Shown: positions 20,765-30,957 of the stretch, in pieces
Layout of the letters: every line of letters begins with the position of its first letter
Position numbering within the stretch: position 1 is the stretch's first letter
Origin: Pseudoflavonifractor sp.
GTDB lineage: Bacteria > Bacillota > Clostridia > Oscillospirales > Oscillospiraceae
Direction of reading: 5' to 3'
NCBI GenBank assembly: GCA_035562355.1
Contig: DATMXU010000211.1
Coordinates: forward strand, 1 to 47,488
Length of the DNA stretch: 47,488 bases
Made by a program: the position numbers and the translations under genes
The notes under the pieces: generated by a model
Told to the model about the DNA's origin: nothing
Database searches by the model: none
What the model saw: the letters and a program-made list of their open reading frames with translations, nothing else

Positions 20765-21631
20765 TCACCCGTTTCCAAGTTTTTGATTCATAATCTCATA
20801 AAAGCTGCGGCTGGAGAGACGCACCAAACGCGTGGCAGTCTGGGATTTACGGATCTCCACGATGTCCCCGCCGGAGAGCTTGAAGGCCTTCCCGCCGTCC
20901 ACCGTGAGGTAGGCCGTCTTGCGGGTCAGCTTGCCCAGCCGGGCGGCTACCACCCGCTCCTGGCTCAGCACGATGGGCCGGGCATGGAGCGCGTGGGCAC
21001 AGATGGGGGTGACGATGATGTTCTCCGCCGTGGGCTCCACGATGGGCCCCCCAGCAGACAGGGAGTAGGCCGTGGAGCCGGTGGGAGTGCAGACGATGAG
21101 GCCGTCTCCCCCAAAGTCGGAGAGGAGCATCTTGTCCCCATAAACCGACAGGTCGATGATGCGGGCCACAGACCCCTTGGTGATGACCGCGTCGTTGAGG
21201 GCCAGGTCCTCATATACCGTCTTGCCCTCATGGATCACGCACACGTCCAGCATCATGCGGGACTCCAGCGTATAATTCTGCTCGGCCAGCTTGGAGAGGA
21301 GACTGAGCTCGCTCTGCTCCAGCTCGGCCATGTAGCCGACGCTGCCCATGTTGACGCCCATGATGGGCACGCCGCAGGCGTTGGCGTCCTTTGCCGCGTG
21401 CAGGATGGTACCGTCCCCGCCGAAGCAGATGAGCATATCCGCACTCTTCAGCTCGGTCTGCATGTCCAGGAAACGCACGTTCTTGGGCAGCTCCAGACGG
21501 CTCCCCTTCTCCGGCGTGAAGGGGAGGCACATGGCGGTCTGTACGCCGGCGGCCTTCAAGATGCGCTCGGCCGCCAGGGCGGAGCGCAAAAGCTTATCCC
21601 GGTAGGGATTGGGACTCAAAACCACCTTCAT
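20765..21631 (-). CDS. nadK: NAD(+) kinase
   Basis: GGDGT, TPTGSTAYSLSAGG. Confidence 0.95.
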   Translation of the reverse strand: MKVVLSPNPYRDKLLRSALAAERILKAAGVQTAMCLPFTPEKGSRLELPKNVRFLDMQTELKSADMLICFGGDGTILHAAKDANACGVPIMGVNMGSVGYMAELEQSELSLLSKLAEQNYTLESRMMLDVCVIHEGKTVYEDLALNDAVITKGSVARIIDLSVYGDKMLLSDFGGDGLIVCTPTGSTAYSLSAGGPIVEPTAENIIVTPICAHALHARPIVLSQERVVAARLGKLTRKTAYLTVDGGKAFKLSGGDIVEIRKSQTATRLVRLSSRSFYEIMNQKLGNG

Positions 21632-21632
21632 G

Positions 21633-22436
21633 TTATTCCCCCTCCAGCGTCTCGTGGGACGCGCGTACCAGAGCCGCCAGATCGCCCTCATAGGGACTCC
21701 CTGCGGCTGCCGTCAGGTAGCCCAGATATTCAATATTGCCCTCCGGCCCGCGGATAGGTGAAAAGGTAATTCCCTTTACAGAAAATCCGGCCTCAGACGC
21801 GTGGCTGAGGAATTGCTCCAGTACCTCCAGATGGACGGCGCTGTCGCGGACGACCCCCTTTTTCCCCACCTTCTCCCTGCCCGCCTCGAACTGGGGCTTG
21901 ACCAGGCAGGCCACCGTACCCGTCTCCTTCAAGAGCGCGCGGACGGCGGGGAGGATCAGCTTGAGCGAGATGAAGGACACGTCGATACTGGCGAAGTCCA
22001 GCGCTTCGGGAATCTGCTCGGCGGTGAGATAGCGGGCGTTGGTCCGCTCCATGCAGACCACCCTGGGGTCGCTGCGCAGGCTCCAGGCCAGCTGCCCATA
22101 GCCCACGTCCACGGCGTAGACCTTTTTTGCCCCATTTTGGAGCATACAGTCGGTGAAACCGCCGGTGGAGGCCCCGATGTCGGCGCAGACGGCGCCGTGG
22201 AGGTCGACGAGAAAGGTCCCCATGGCCTTCTCCAGCTTGAGTCCGCCCCGGCTCACATAGGCCAGGGTCTTGCCCCGGACCTCGATCTCAGCGGTCTCCT
22301 CGGTGGGTGCGCCCGCCTTGTCAATCCTCTGCCCCGCCACATAGACCTGGCCCGCCATGATGACGGCCTGGGCGCGGGGACGGCTCTCGGCCAGACCGCG
22401 CTCACACAGGAGGAGGTCCAGTCTCTTTTTAGCCAC
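21633..22436 (-). CDS. tlyA: TlyA family rRNA methyltransferase
   Basis: S4 domain, YVSRGGLKL, GASTGGFT, KPQFE. Confidence 0.95.
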   Translation of the reverse strand: MAKKRLDLLLCERGLAESRPRAQAVIMAGQVYVAGQRIDKAGAPTEETAEIEVRGKTLAYVSRGGLKLEKAMGTFLVDLHGAVCADIGASTGGFTDCMLQNGAKKVYAVDVGYGQLAWSLRSDPRVVCMERTNARYLTAEQIPEALDFASIDVSFISLKLILPAVRALLKETGTVACLVKPQFEAGREKVGKKGVVRDSAVHLEVLEQFLSHASEAGFSVKGITFSPIRGPEGNIEYLGYLTAAAGSPYEGDLAALVRASHETLEGE

Positions 22437-24276
22437 GGCCGCATACCTCCAGCGCTTTCTTAAACAGGCTCTTATCATCCAGGCCGCAAAGCCTGTAAAG
22501 CTCTCTCATCGTACCGTGAGTAACCAATCCATCCCCCAGGTTGCACAGGGCCAAGCTCTGGGGAACGACGCTGTTTTGGAGGAGAGCGGAGCAGAGCCGC
22601 TGTCCCACCGAGCCGGGGGACGCCACGTCCTCGGCGACTAGGAGCCGCCCGGTCTTTTTTACAGACGCCAAGATCAGCGGCAATTCAAGTGGCGTAATGG
22701 AGTTCAGCTTTACAACCTCGGCCGAGACGCCCCGCTCCGCCAGCGCCTCGGCGGCGGCCAAGAGCTGGTTGATGAGGATGCCGTACCCCACGAGGGTAAT
22801 GTCACTCCCCGCCCTTAGCAGGACCGAGCCCGCACCGCCTGAGTCGTCCTGATAGGCACCCTCCTCGCCGCGGGGATAACGCAGGGCTACCGGGCCCCTG
22901 CAGTCGAGGACCGCGCGGCGCAGCATGGAGCGCAGCTCGGCGTAGCTGGAGGGGCAGAGCACGGTCATGCCGGGCACGGTGTCGAGAAAGGCGGCGTCAA
23001 AGACGCCATGGTGGGTCTCCCCGTCCTCCCCCACCGGTCCGGCCCGGTCCACCGCCAACACCACGTGGAGCTTCTGGATGGCCACGTCGTGGATGAGCAT
23101 ATCATACGCCCGCTGTAAGAACGTTGAGTATACGGCGAAGACCGGGACCATCCCCTGTTTCGCCATACCCGCCGACATGGTGACGGCGTGGCCCTCGGCG
23201 ATACCCACGTCGAAAAACCGCTCCGGAAAGCGCCGGGAGAACTCCTCCAGCCCCGTACCAGAGACCATGGCAGCCGTGACGGCGCAGAGGCGCCTGTTCT
23301 CCTCGGCCAACTGGCAAAGGGCAGCTCCAAACGTGCAGGAAAAAGTGGGGCCGCCCTTTTGGAGCGGCTCGCCGCTGCGTATGCAGAAACGGCCCACACC
23401 GTGGAAGAGGTCCGGGTTCTCCTCCGCTGGTGTATAGCCTTTGCCCTTTACGGTCCTGACATGGAGAAGGACTGGAGTCTCAATGTCCTTGCTGTAACGC
23501 AGGAGCTGAGTCAGCCCCCGGACGTCGTGCCCGTCCACCGGACCCAGATAGGTAAAGCCCATGTCCTCAAACAGGCTGCACGGCAGCAGGGTCTCCTTGA
23601 CCGCCTTTTTGATCTTGTGGGTAATGCGGTAGACGGCCTTGCCGCCGGGAAGGATCCCCATGGCCCTGCGGTAGCCCTTTTTAAACTGGAGGTACTGAGG
23701 CCGAAGCCGCTGGCGGGCCAGATGCTCGGCCACGCCGCCCACGCTCTTGGTGATGGACATGCCGTTGTCGTTGAGGATGACGATCATCCTCTCGCCGCTG
23801 TCTCCAGCGTCGGATAGACCCTCGTAGGAGAGCCCGCCGGAGAGGGCTCCGTCCCCCAGCAGGGCTACGACGCTGTAGTCCTCCCCCAGCAGGGTGCGGG
23901 ATCTGGCCATCCCCACGGCCACCGACACCGAGGTGGAGGCGTGGCCCGCGATGAAGGCGTCGCAGGCGCTCTCGGAGGGCTTGGGGAACCCGGCGACGCC
24001 GCCGAAGGTGCGCAGGGTATCCATGAGGCCGGCGCGGCCGGTCAGTATTTTATGGGTGTAGCACTGATGGCCCACGTCGAAGACCAGCCGGTCCTCAGAG
24101 AAATCAAAGACCCTATGGAGGGCTACGGTGAGCTCCACGGCGCCCAGGTTGGAGGCCAGGTGTCCCCCGGTGCGGGAGATGCTGTCGACCAGCGAGGCGC
24201 GGAGCCTGGCGCAGAGCGCCTCGGCCTCGCCATCCGATACGGCGTGGAGGTCGGGGATATCTTCGGGTAGTATCAT
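22429..24276 (-). CDS. dxs: 1-deoxy-D-xylulose-5-phosphate synthase
   Basis: GGHLASNLG, DVGHQ, GDG..NDN, DRAG motifs. Confidence 0.96.
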   Translation of the reverse strand: MILPEDIPDLHAVSDGEAEALCARLRASLVDSISRTGGHLASNLGAVELTVALHRVFDFSEDRLVFDVGHQCYTHKILTGRAGLMDTLRTFGGVAGFPKPSESACDAFIAGHASTSVSVAVGMARSRTLLGEDYSVVALLGDGALSGGLSYEGLSDAGDSGERMIVILNDNGMSITKSVGGVAEHLARQRLRPQYLQFKKGYRRAMGILPGGKAVYRITHKIKKAVKETLLPCSLFEDMGFTYLGPVDGHDVRGLTQLLRYSKDIETPVLLHVRTVKGKGYTPAEENPDLFHGVGRFCIRSGEPLQKGGPTFSCTFGAALCQLAEENRRLCAVTAAMVSGTGLEEFSRRFPERFFDVGIAEGHAVTMSAGMAKQGMVPVFAVYSTFLQRAYDMLIHDVAIQKLHVVLAVDRAGPVGEDGETHHGVFDAAFLDTVPGMTVLCPSSYAELRSMLRRAVLDCRGPVALRYPRGEEGAYQDDSGGAGSVLLRAGSDITLVGYGILINQLLAAAEALAERGVSAEVVKLNSITPLELPLILASVKKTGRLLVAEDVASPGSVGQRLCSALLQNSVVPQSLALCNLGDGLVTHGTMRELYRLCGLDDKSLFKKALEVCGRG

Positions 24277-24294
24277 ACACACCTCCGGGTATGG

Positions 24295-24771
24295 TTACAT
24301 GCGGAATATCAGGACGCCCACCAGGCCGACCAGGACGCCCAGCAGACCTCCCATGATGACCTGGAGCGGCGTATGTCCCAAGAGCTCCTTCAGCTCCTTG
24401 CCGAAGAGCTCGGGTTTCATCTCGTTCCAGTGATCCATGATATAATTAAGAATTTTAGCCTGCTCTCCCGCCGCCTTGCGGACATTGGCGGCGTCGTACA
24501 TGACCACAATGGCCAGCACCGTTGAGATGGCGAAGAGAGCCGAGGAGAATCCGTACAGGCTGCCCGTGGAGGCGGCGCAGGCGCAGACGAAGGCGGAATG
24601 GGAGCTGGGCATGCCTCCGCTGGCCCAGATATAGCGCCAGTCCAGCCGCCGCTTGGTGAGCAGGACCACAACCACCTTTAGTACCTGGGCCAGCGCCCAG
24701 GCGGTGGCGGACAGTATCAAAATCAGGTTGCCCAGGTGGTAATTGGGCAGATTATACTCCAGCTGCGGCAT
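24295..24771 (-). CDS. Divergent PAP2 family (DUF212) protein
   Basis: GGMPSSHSA, VMYDA, LGHTP motifs. Confidence 0.9.
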   Translation of the reverse strand: MPQLEYNLPNYHLGNLILILSATAWALAQVLKVVVVLLTKRRLDWRYIWASGGMPSSHSAFVCACAASTGSLYGFSSALFAISTVLAIVVMYDAANVRKAAGEQAKILNYIMDHWNEMKPELFGKELKELLGHTPLQVIMGGLLGVLVGLVGVLIFRM

Positions 24772-24797
24772 GGGCCACGTCCCCTCCCGTGTCGGTA

Positions 24798-25679
24798 TCA
24801 GTTTTCCCGGCCAACCAAATGGTCGGCCAGCCAGCAGAGAAATTCGGTCTCACGGAAGTTCCCCAGCAGGGCCGCCTTGGCGTGGTTGGTCTTCTCCTCC
24901 ACGAGCTGCCGGCAGGCGGCGATACCCTTCAGGGTGACGAAGGTGGTCTTCTCGCTCTGGGCGTCGGAGCCGACGGGCTTGCCCAGGGTGGCCTGGTTGC
25001 CGACCACGTCGAGGATGTCGTCCTGAATCTGGAAGGCGAGGCCCAGATTCTGTGCGTAACGGCAGACGATGGCCCGTTCGGCCTCTCCCCCTCCGGCGAC
25101 GATGCAGCCGATCTCGGCGGCGGCGGTAATGAGCGCCCCTGTTTTAAGCGTTTGAAGCTCCTCCACCTCGGACAGGGACAGGGCGTGTCCCTCCCCCGCC
25201 ATGTCCAGCACCTGTCCGCCCACCATGCCCCGCGCGCCCGCGGCGGCGCCCAGGCAGGCGGAGACGGCCAGGGCACGGTCGGCGGGCAGGGCGGTGCCGT
25301 GCTCGGCAATGCTCTCAAAGGCGGCGGTGAGCAGAGCGTCTCCCGCCAGCACCGCCGTGGCCTGACCGTAGACCTTGTGATTGGTGGGGCGGCCCCGGCG
25401 CAGGTCGTCGTCGTCCATACAGGGCAGGTCGTCGTGGATGAGAGAGTAGGTATGCACCATCTCCACCGCGCAGGCAAAGGGCAGCGCGGCCTCGGCGTCA
25501 CCGCCGCACATACGGCAGACAGCCAGGGTCAGCACCGGGCGGAGGCGTTTCCCGCCGGACAGAAGGCTGTAATTCATCGCGTCGTAGAGGTCTGCCCTGG
25601 GGTCTCTCTGTGCAAAATGGCCCTTCAAATAGTCCTCTACCCGCGCCACGTCGGCGCGGAGCTGCTGCTCATAGTCCAT
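24798..25679 (-). CDS. ispA: Farnesyl/geranylgeranyl diphosphate synthase
   Basis: GGKRLRP, HDDLPCMDDDDLRRG, FQIQDDILD; start may be GTG 25691. Confidence 0.95.
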   Translation of the reverse strand: MDYEQQLRADVARVEDYLKGHFAQRDPRADLYDAMNYSLLSGGKRLRPVLTLAVCRMCGGDAEAALPFACAVEMVHTYSLIHDDLPCMDDDDLRRGRPTNHKVYGQATAVLAGDALLTAAFESIAEHGTALPADRALAVSACLGAAAGARGMVGGQVLDMAGEGHALSLSEVEELQTLKTGALITAAAEIGCIVAGGGEAERAIVCRYAQNLGLAFQIQDDILDVVGNQATLGKPVGSDAQSEKTTFVTLKGIAACRQLVEEKTNHAKAALLGNFRETEFLCWLADHLVGREN

Positions 25680-25687
25680 GCGGCCGC

Positions 25688-25921
25688 TCACTCCTCGCCA
25701 TCCAGGGGCTGCTCAGCAGGGGTGCCGTCGGCCCGGGCCGTCAGCTTGACCACCTGCTGCTCGGCCTTGTCCAGAAGGGCGGAACACTTTTTCATGAGGG
25801 CGGTCCCCTCCTCAAAGAGTGCCAGCGCACTCTCCATAGGGGCGTCCCCCTGCTCCAGCTTGGTGACGATCTCCTCCAGGCGGGCCATGGCCTCCTCAAA
25901 GGTCAGTTTTTTCTCTGCCAT
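25688..25921 (-). CDS. xseB: Exodeoxyribonuclease VII small subunit
   Basis: TFEEAMARLEEIV..LE..FEEG pattern; synteny. Confidence 0.95.
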   Translation of the reverse strand: MAEKKLTFEEAMARLEEIVTKLEQGDAPMESALALFEEGTALMKKCSALLDKAEQQVVKLTARADGTPAEQPLDGEE

Positions 25922-26001
25922 CGGTATTTCTCCTTACAAGGCGGGGATTGCCCCGCCGTTTTAGGTCTGCGGCCGCCGGCCCGGATGGGAAAGCGCCCGC
26001 C

Positions 26002-27207
26002 CTATGTCTCCGTGTCTGCCGTTACCCTTATTTTCCCGTCAGAGAGACGGAGGGTGAGCCGCTCGCCCGGCGTGATCTCCTTGACCGAGCGCACCACGCC
26101 GCCATCGTCCTTTTGGGCGATGGCGTAGCCACGGCCCAGGACCTTGAGGGGACTCATGGCGTCCAGCGCGGCGGCCAGACGGGCGAAACGGGAGCGCTCC
26201 CGTCCCAGGGCGAAGGTCAGGCCGTGGACCAGCCGGTCCCGCTGGTAGTCCAGCAGTACGCGCCGGTCCTGGATGTAGTTGAGGGGATTCTGTAAGGCGC
26301 GGCTCCTTGCCAGATACTCCAGCCGCTGGCGTTCCCGGGTCAGGCGGCGCGTCATGGCCTGAGAGAGCCGGTGGCTGAGACGGTAGAGCCTCTCGTAGAT
26401 ATCGTTCTGGTCGGGCACCGCCAGCTCGGCGGCGTTGGAGGGGGTGGCGGCCCGCAGGTCGGCCACGAAGTCGGAGATGGTCACGTCGGGCTCGTGCCCC
26501 ACGGCCGAGATGACGGGTATCTCCGAGGCGTAGACGGCCTTTGCCACCACCTCCTCATTGAAGGCCCACAGGTCCTCCATGGAGCCGCCGCCCCGCCCGG
26601 TGATGATGACGTCTGCGCGGCGGTGCCGGTTGACCCAGGCAATGGCGGCGGCGATCTCGTCCGGCGCCTCGGCCCCCTGGACCCGTACGGGCACCACCGC
26701 CACCCTGGACATGGGCCAGCGGGCGGCCAGGATACGCAGCATATCCCGCACCGCTGCGCCTGCCGGTGAGGTGATCAGGGCGATGCGGTCCGGAAACTTG
26801 GGGATGGGCTTTTTATGGTCCTCATCGAAGAGCCCCTCAGCCTGGAGCTTTGCCTTGAGCTGCTCGAAGGCCACGTGCAGGTCCCCCGCCCCGTCCGGCG
26901 TCATGCCGCCGCAGTAGAGCTGGTACTGTCCGTCCCGGGGAAAGACGGTCACCCGCCCGTAAGCGATGACCTTCATGCCGTTTTCAGGCCGGAAACGCAT
27001 CCCGGCGGCCTCCCGGCGGAACATGACGCAGCGCAGTGCGCCCTCCGCGTCCTTAAGGGAGAAGTAGTGGTGACCCGAGGGGTAGACCTTGTAGTTGGAG
27101 AGCTCGCCGCGGACGGCTACCTCGGCCAGCACCGCATCCCTGTCCATGAGGGTTTTGATATAGCCGTTGAGCTGGGAGACGCTGAGAACGGCCTCTTCTC
27201 TTCTCAT
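26002..27207 (-). CDS. xseA: Exodeoxyribonuclease VII large subunit
   Basis: GELSN, SGHHYFSLKD, RGGGSMEDL, SAVGHE. Confidence 0.97.
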   Translation of the reverse strand: MRREEAVLSVSQLNGYIKTLMDRDAVLAEVAVRGELSNYKVYPSGHHYFSLKDAEGALRCVMFRREAAGMRFRPENGMKVIAYGRVTVFPRDGQYQLYCGGMTPDGAGDLHVAFEQLKAKLQAEGLFDEDHKKPIPKFPDRIALITSPAGAAVRDMLRILAARWPMSRVAVVPVRVQGAEAPDEIAAAIAWVNRHRRADVIITGRGGGSMEDLWAFNEEVVAKAVYASEIPVISAVGHEPDVTISDFVADLRAATPSNAAELAVPDQNDIYERLYRLSHRLSQAMTRRLTRERQRLEYLARSRALQNPLNYIQDRRVLLDYQRDRLVHGLTFALGRERSRFARLAAALDAMSPLKVLGRGYAIAQKDDGGVVRSVKEITPGERLTLRLSDGKIRVTADTET

Positions 27208-28154
27208 TGCTCCCCCTCCCCCCTGTGCAGGCCTCTCCAGGCCAGAATCGCCGTACCCATGGCGTTGTCGGTAGAGTAACGTGGCTCGGCAAAGATACCG
27301 CCGCAGAACTCCGTCAGCTGATCGCGCAGCATCCGGTTGGAGGCCACGCCCCCGGAGCAGAGCACCGGGAGCCCCGGGTATTGCTCCCGGGCTGTCGCCG
27401 TGGCGCGGCGCACCGCGGAGGTCACGGTGGCGAGGGTAAACCGGGCGATGTTCTCCGGCCGTTCCCCCTGCTCCGCCAGGGCTTTGACCTTATTTTCCAC
27501 ACCGGAAAGAGAAAACGTAAGGCCATTTACCTTTACGTTAAAATTCAAGTCCTTGTCCGCCTCCCGGCTTAGGCCGTCCACCGCCCTCCCCGCCGGGAAG
27601 GGCAGTCCCAGCAGGACGCCGGCGCGGTCGATGAGCTGCCCGGCGGAGATGTCGCTGGTGCCGCCGATGCGCTCGGCGTGGACGCTGCACCCCTCCGGCT
27701 CCGCCAATAAAAGCTCCGTGGTGCCCCCGGAGAGGTGCCAGGCCAGAAAGGGGCCGTCCAGCAGGTCGGGCCGCCCTGCCGACCACGCGGCGGCGGCCAG
27801 ATGCCCCTGCTGGTGGGAGACCGCGAAATAAGGGACATTCAGGCTGGCCGACAGCGCGCGGCCAAAGCCCTCCCCCGCCAGAAAGCAGGGCATGTAGGAG
27901 CCCTCCACCGCCCGCGGGCGGGTGCTGGCCCCCACGGCCTCGATATCATGCAGCAGTTCCCTCTCCCGCAGTGCGTCGAAAAGCTCGGGCAGGCGCTTGA
28001 CATGCTGAAAGAGAGCGTCCGACTGGCGCAGGCCCAGGGTTCCGGCGGGGACGTCCAGGAGCCTGCCCGCATTCTCCCCTGCCACTCCGTCAAAGAGGGC
28101 CACGGAGGTGGTATAGTTGCTGGTGTCCAGCCCCAGACAGACCGGGCCGGTCAT
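27204..28154 (-). CDS. TsaD/Kae1-like (peptidase M22 family) paralog
   Basis: LGLDTSNY, SHQQGH, LSGGTT, GGVASN, TDNA motifs; divergent from canonical TsaD. Confidence 0.85.
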   Translation of the reverse strand: MTGPVCLGLDTSNYTTSVALFDGVAGENAGRLLDVPAGTLGLRQSDALFQHVKRLPELFDALRERELLHDIEAVGASTRPRAVEGSYMPCFLAGEGFGRALSASLNVPYFAVSHQQGHLAAAAWSAGRPDLLDGPFLAWHLSGGTTELLLAEPEGCSVHAERIGGTSDISAGQLIDRAGVLLGLPFPAGRAVDGLSREADKDLNFNVKVNGLTFSLSGVENKVKALAEQGERPENIARFTLATVTSAVRRATATAREQYPGLPVLCSGGVASNRMLRDQLTEFCGGIFAEPRYSTDNAMGTAILAWRGLHRGEGEQ

Positions 28155-28660
28155 TGCTCGCCCTGCTCCGGTTCGGCGTCAAAGATGCCCTCGGCCATGA
28201 CGGGGGTCCGCTCCGGGATACTCTCCCTGCGGACAAAGGAGCCCAGGATGCCGTTGATAAAGGAGACCATGTCCTGGTCCTCGTAGTGCTTGGCGAGCTC
28301 CACGGCCTCGTTGATGGCGGCGGCGTTGGGCACGTCCTGCATATAGAGGATCTCGTACATGGCGATGCGCATGATGGCAATGGATACCCGGGGCAAGCGG
28401 GAGAAATCCCAGCCGATGGCGTAGCGGGAGATATACTCGTCCAACTCCGCGCAGTGGAGGTACACACCCCGGACCAAAGTCTCGATATACCCGCGCTGTT
28501 TCTCATTCGGGAATTCGGCATACAGGGGCGCTTCCTCGCCAAGGAGCGCGAAGATGGAGCGGGTCATAGCGGTCTCCAGGAGCTGGTCTGCGGTCTCGTT
28601 GGAGAAACTGAACTCAAAGGCGAGGTGTACGGCGATCTCTCTGGCGTTGCTTCTGGTCAT
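28151..28660 (-). CDS. nusB: Transcription antitermination factor NusB
   Basis: AINEAVELAK, FINGILG. Confidence 0.96.
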   Translation of the reverse strand: MTRSNAREIAVHLAFEFSFSNETADQLLETAMTRSIFALLGEEAPLYAEFPNEKQRGYIETLVRGVYLHCAELDEYISRYAIGWDFSRLPRVSIAIMRIAMYEILYMQDVPNAAAINEAVELAKHYEDQDMVSFINGILGSFVRRESIPERTPVMAEGIFDAEPEQGEQ

Positions 28661-28750
28661 AAACTATCCTCCGTATACGGGGCAAATGTATACTCCCCAT
28701 TATATACAATCCCATCCAAAAGATAAACCCCTATTTTCGCATAAAAGCGC

Positions 28751-28794
28751 ATAAAAAACCTTGAGCGTCGGCAGCGCACGCTCAAGGTTTTTAT
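28751..28794 (-). terminator. Intrinsic terminator after Asp23 gene
   Basis: AAAAACCTTGAGCGT...ACGCTCAAGGTTTTT. Confidence 0.85.
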
Positions 28795-28814
28795 AGTGCG
28801 GTATGGGCGGGAGG

Positions 28815-29204
28815 TCAGGGACGCTTGGGCTCCTTCTCGAAGATGACGCCTGTGACATTGACGTTGACGCTGGCGGCGGTGAGCCCGCTCATGTTCTCAA
28901 TGCCGGACTGGACAGCGTCCTGCACATGACGGGCCACGTCCAGAATGGTGTAGCCGTACTTGATGAGGATGGAGACGTCCACATTCAGGCTGCCGTCCTC
29001 ATTGGAGGACACATGCACGCCCTTGGCAATGTTCTTCTTGCCGCCCAGCATCTCCACGATGTCGTTGCCCAGGTTGGCGGACAGGCTGCCCACGCCCTCC
29101 ACCTCCAGCGTGGCGGCGGCGGCCATGACACTCAACACGTCCTCGGAGATATGGATGTTCCCCATCTCGTCGGTACGGGAGATGTAATCCTTGTTTTCAC
29201 TCAT
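28815..29204 (-). CDS. Asp23/Gls24 family protein (YqhY-like)
   Basis: GNIHISEDV, VEGV, VQDAV..IENMSGL..VNVNV; synteny with nusB. Confidence 0.93.
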   Translation of the reverse strand: MSENKDYISRTDEMGNIHISEDVLSVMAAAATLEVEGVGSLSANLGNDIVEMLGGKKNIAKGVHVSSNEDGSLNVDVSILIKYGYTILDVARHVQDAVQSGIENMSGLTAASVNVNVTGVIFEKEPKRP

Positions 29205-29341
29205 AAAGGGGTCACGCTCCTCTTTGTCGTTACTCTTTTTGATATTGTATCACGGGCGGCGGAAAATAACAATTGATTTTTCGCGTTCCTTTATAAACAG
29301 CAAGGAGGACGGGATTCTCCCGCCCTCCAGTATGGAACGAT

Positions 29342-29929
29342 TTACGGTTCGGCCTCGATGATCTTGATCTGGCTGGCCGGGAAACCGGTCTGCTCGGTGA
29401 CGATCTCGGAGATCTTGGCCACGTCGGCGTCGGTGATACCTTCGTCCCCGTTGGCCGCCACCACCACGGAAACGCTCTTGTCCCCGATGAAGGCCACGCA
29501 GTCAGCGTAGCCCTTGGCTGTCACCAGGTTTTCGATCTGAGCCTCGCTGACGGTGAGGTTGGCCATAGCCTGGATGGAACCGTTGGCCTCATCCTTCATG
29601 GCCTGGTCCGCGTCCTGGGCGCTGGCCGCCTGCTGGAGGAGGGAGAGCGCGTTATCCCGGGACTGCTGGCGATTGAGCCGGGCAGCATCGAAATAGCCGG
29701 TGGTGGTGATGGGATCGTCGGCGTTGGTGGGTGTGCCGTCCCCCTTGATACCGCCGAGGAGCGGGTCGTCGGTGTTGCCCCCTACCAGGGCGGCTTGACC
29801 CAACGTCTTGCCCGCGTCCGCCGTATCTCCGGCGTCCTTATGGTATGACCAGTTGAGATAGACCGCCACGCACACGAACAGGACGATGGCGGCCACCACC
29901 GCGTTTCTTTTCCAGAGCTTCATTTCCAA
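29342..29929 (-). CDS. spoIIIAH: Stage III sporulation protein AH
   Basis: N-terminal TM, YF..ARL.R, IENL..AKGY.D; operon position. Confidence 0.9.
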   Translation of the reverse strand: MEMKLWKRNAVVAAIVLFVCVAVYLNWSYHKDAGDTADAGKTLGQAALVGGNTDDPLLGGIKGDGTPTNADDPITTTGYFDAARLNRQQSRDNALSLLQQAASAQDADQAMKDEANGSIQAMANLTVSEAQIENLVTAKGYADCVAFIGDKSVSVVVAANGDEGITDADVAKISEIVTEQTGFPASQIKIIEAEP

Positions 29930-29950
29930 ACCAATCCTTTCATTATGGTT

Positions 29951-30469
29951 TTAATTTCCCTTGCAGACCGAGATCCTGGCCGCACCCAGTCCGGTGACCG
30001 CTGAGACAGCCTCGGTTATTTTCAGCTTGACCGCCGCCTCCCCCCCGCCTGGGCAGATGATAAGCGCCCCCTGATACTGGGGATAGACCTGCTGGAGCAC
30101 CACCGCGTCCTGAGTGCCGGAGCCCTTGGAGACCACCACCGTCGTGGAGGAGTTTTCGCGGTCCGACGCGCTCTCGTCCACCGCGACCACCTGCCGCGGG
30201 CCGCCCTTCAAGGTGAGAACCACCCGCGCCTTTCCCGCTCCGGAGATCTCCGAGATGGCGGCGGCCAGTTTTTCCTCCATGGCGGCGAGATCGAACTCCA
30301 CCGAACTGCTTGACGGGGTAGGCGCCGGGGTCTCTTTCTTCCCGCCGGTGACGGTTGGCAGAAGCAACAGGATGATACCGACCAGAATGACGAGAAGCAC
30401 ATATCGATACTGGCCGAGAAAATTGATAATTTTTCCGCCCCATTTTTTGAAGTCCAAATTCTCTTTCAT
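29951..30469 (-). CDS. spoIIIAG: Stage III sporulation protein AG
   Basis: ISGAGKARVVLT, GALIICPGG; operon position. Confidence 0.88.
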   Translation of the reverse strand: MKENLDFKKWGGKIINFLGQYRYVLLVILVGIILLLLPTVTGGKKETPAPTPSSSSVEFDLAAMEEKLAAAISEISGAGKARVVLTLKGGPRQVVAVDESASDRENSSTTVVVSKGSGTQDAVVLQQVYPQYQGALIICPGGGEAAVKLKITEAVSAVTGLGAARISVCKGN

Positions 30470-30957
30470 TTCACGTCCTCCCTGTGATAGGTCTGCCGCT
30501 CCGCGCCGATGGCGAGGTCGGCCTCGATCTGTCTGGACAGGGCCTTTTGCTGGCTCTCTGTGAGGTTGCCCATGACGGTCACGGCTTCAGGCACGGGTCT
30601 CTCCCCGTCCGCCACCGTCACCGTTACGGTGCAATCCTGGATGCCGATAGAGGCCGCCTTGTCCAGAATATATGCGCCTGTCTCCTCCTCTATGATTGCT
30701 TTCATGAGTCTTTCGTTCTCATCGTCCAAAAGGGTGCCGTATCCGGCGGCCTCCACCCGGTATTGGGCCAGGATACCGGACAGGTCTCCCGGGTCCAGCG
30801 CGGCGACGGGCCGCAGGATGGCCAGCAAAAGCACCAGCCCGCCGGTGAGGCGCCCCACCTTACGCGCCGCGCCGGCCGGAGAGAGACTCTCGGCCAGGGC
30901 CACGATCATGGCGGCGCAGGTGATGCCTACCAGCCAGGAGCGAATCAATTCTATCAT
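30466..30957 (-). CDS. spoIIIAF: Stage III sporulation protein AF
   Basis: Two N-terminal TM segments; operon position. Confidence 0.82.
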   Translation of the reverse strand: MIELIRSWLVGITCAAMIVALAESLSPAGAARKVGRLTGGLVLLLAILRPVAALDPGDLSGILAQYRVEAAGYGTLLDDENERLMKAIIEEETGAYILDKAASIGIQDCTVTVTVADGERPVPEAVTVMGNLTESQQKALSRQIEADLAIGAERQTYHREDVK

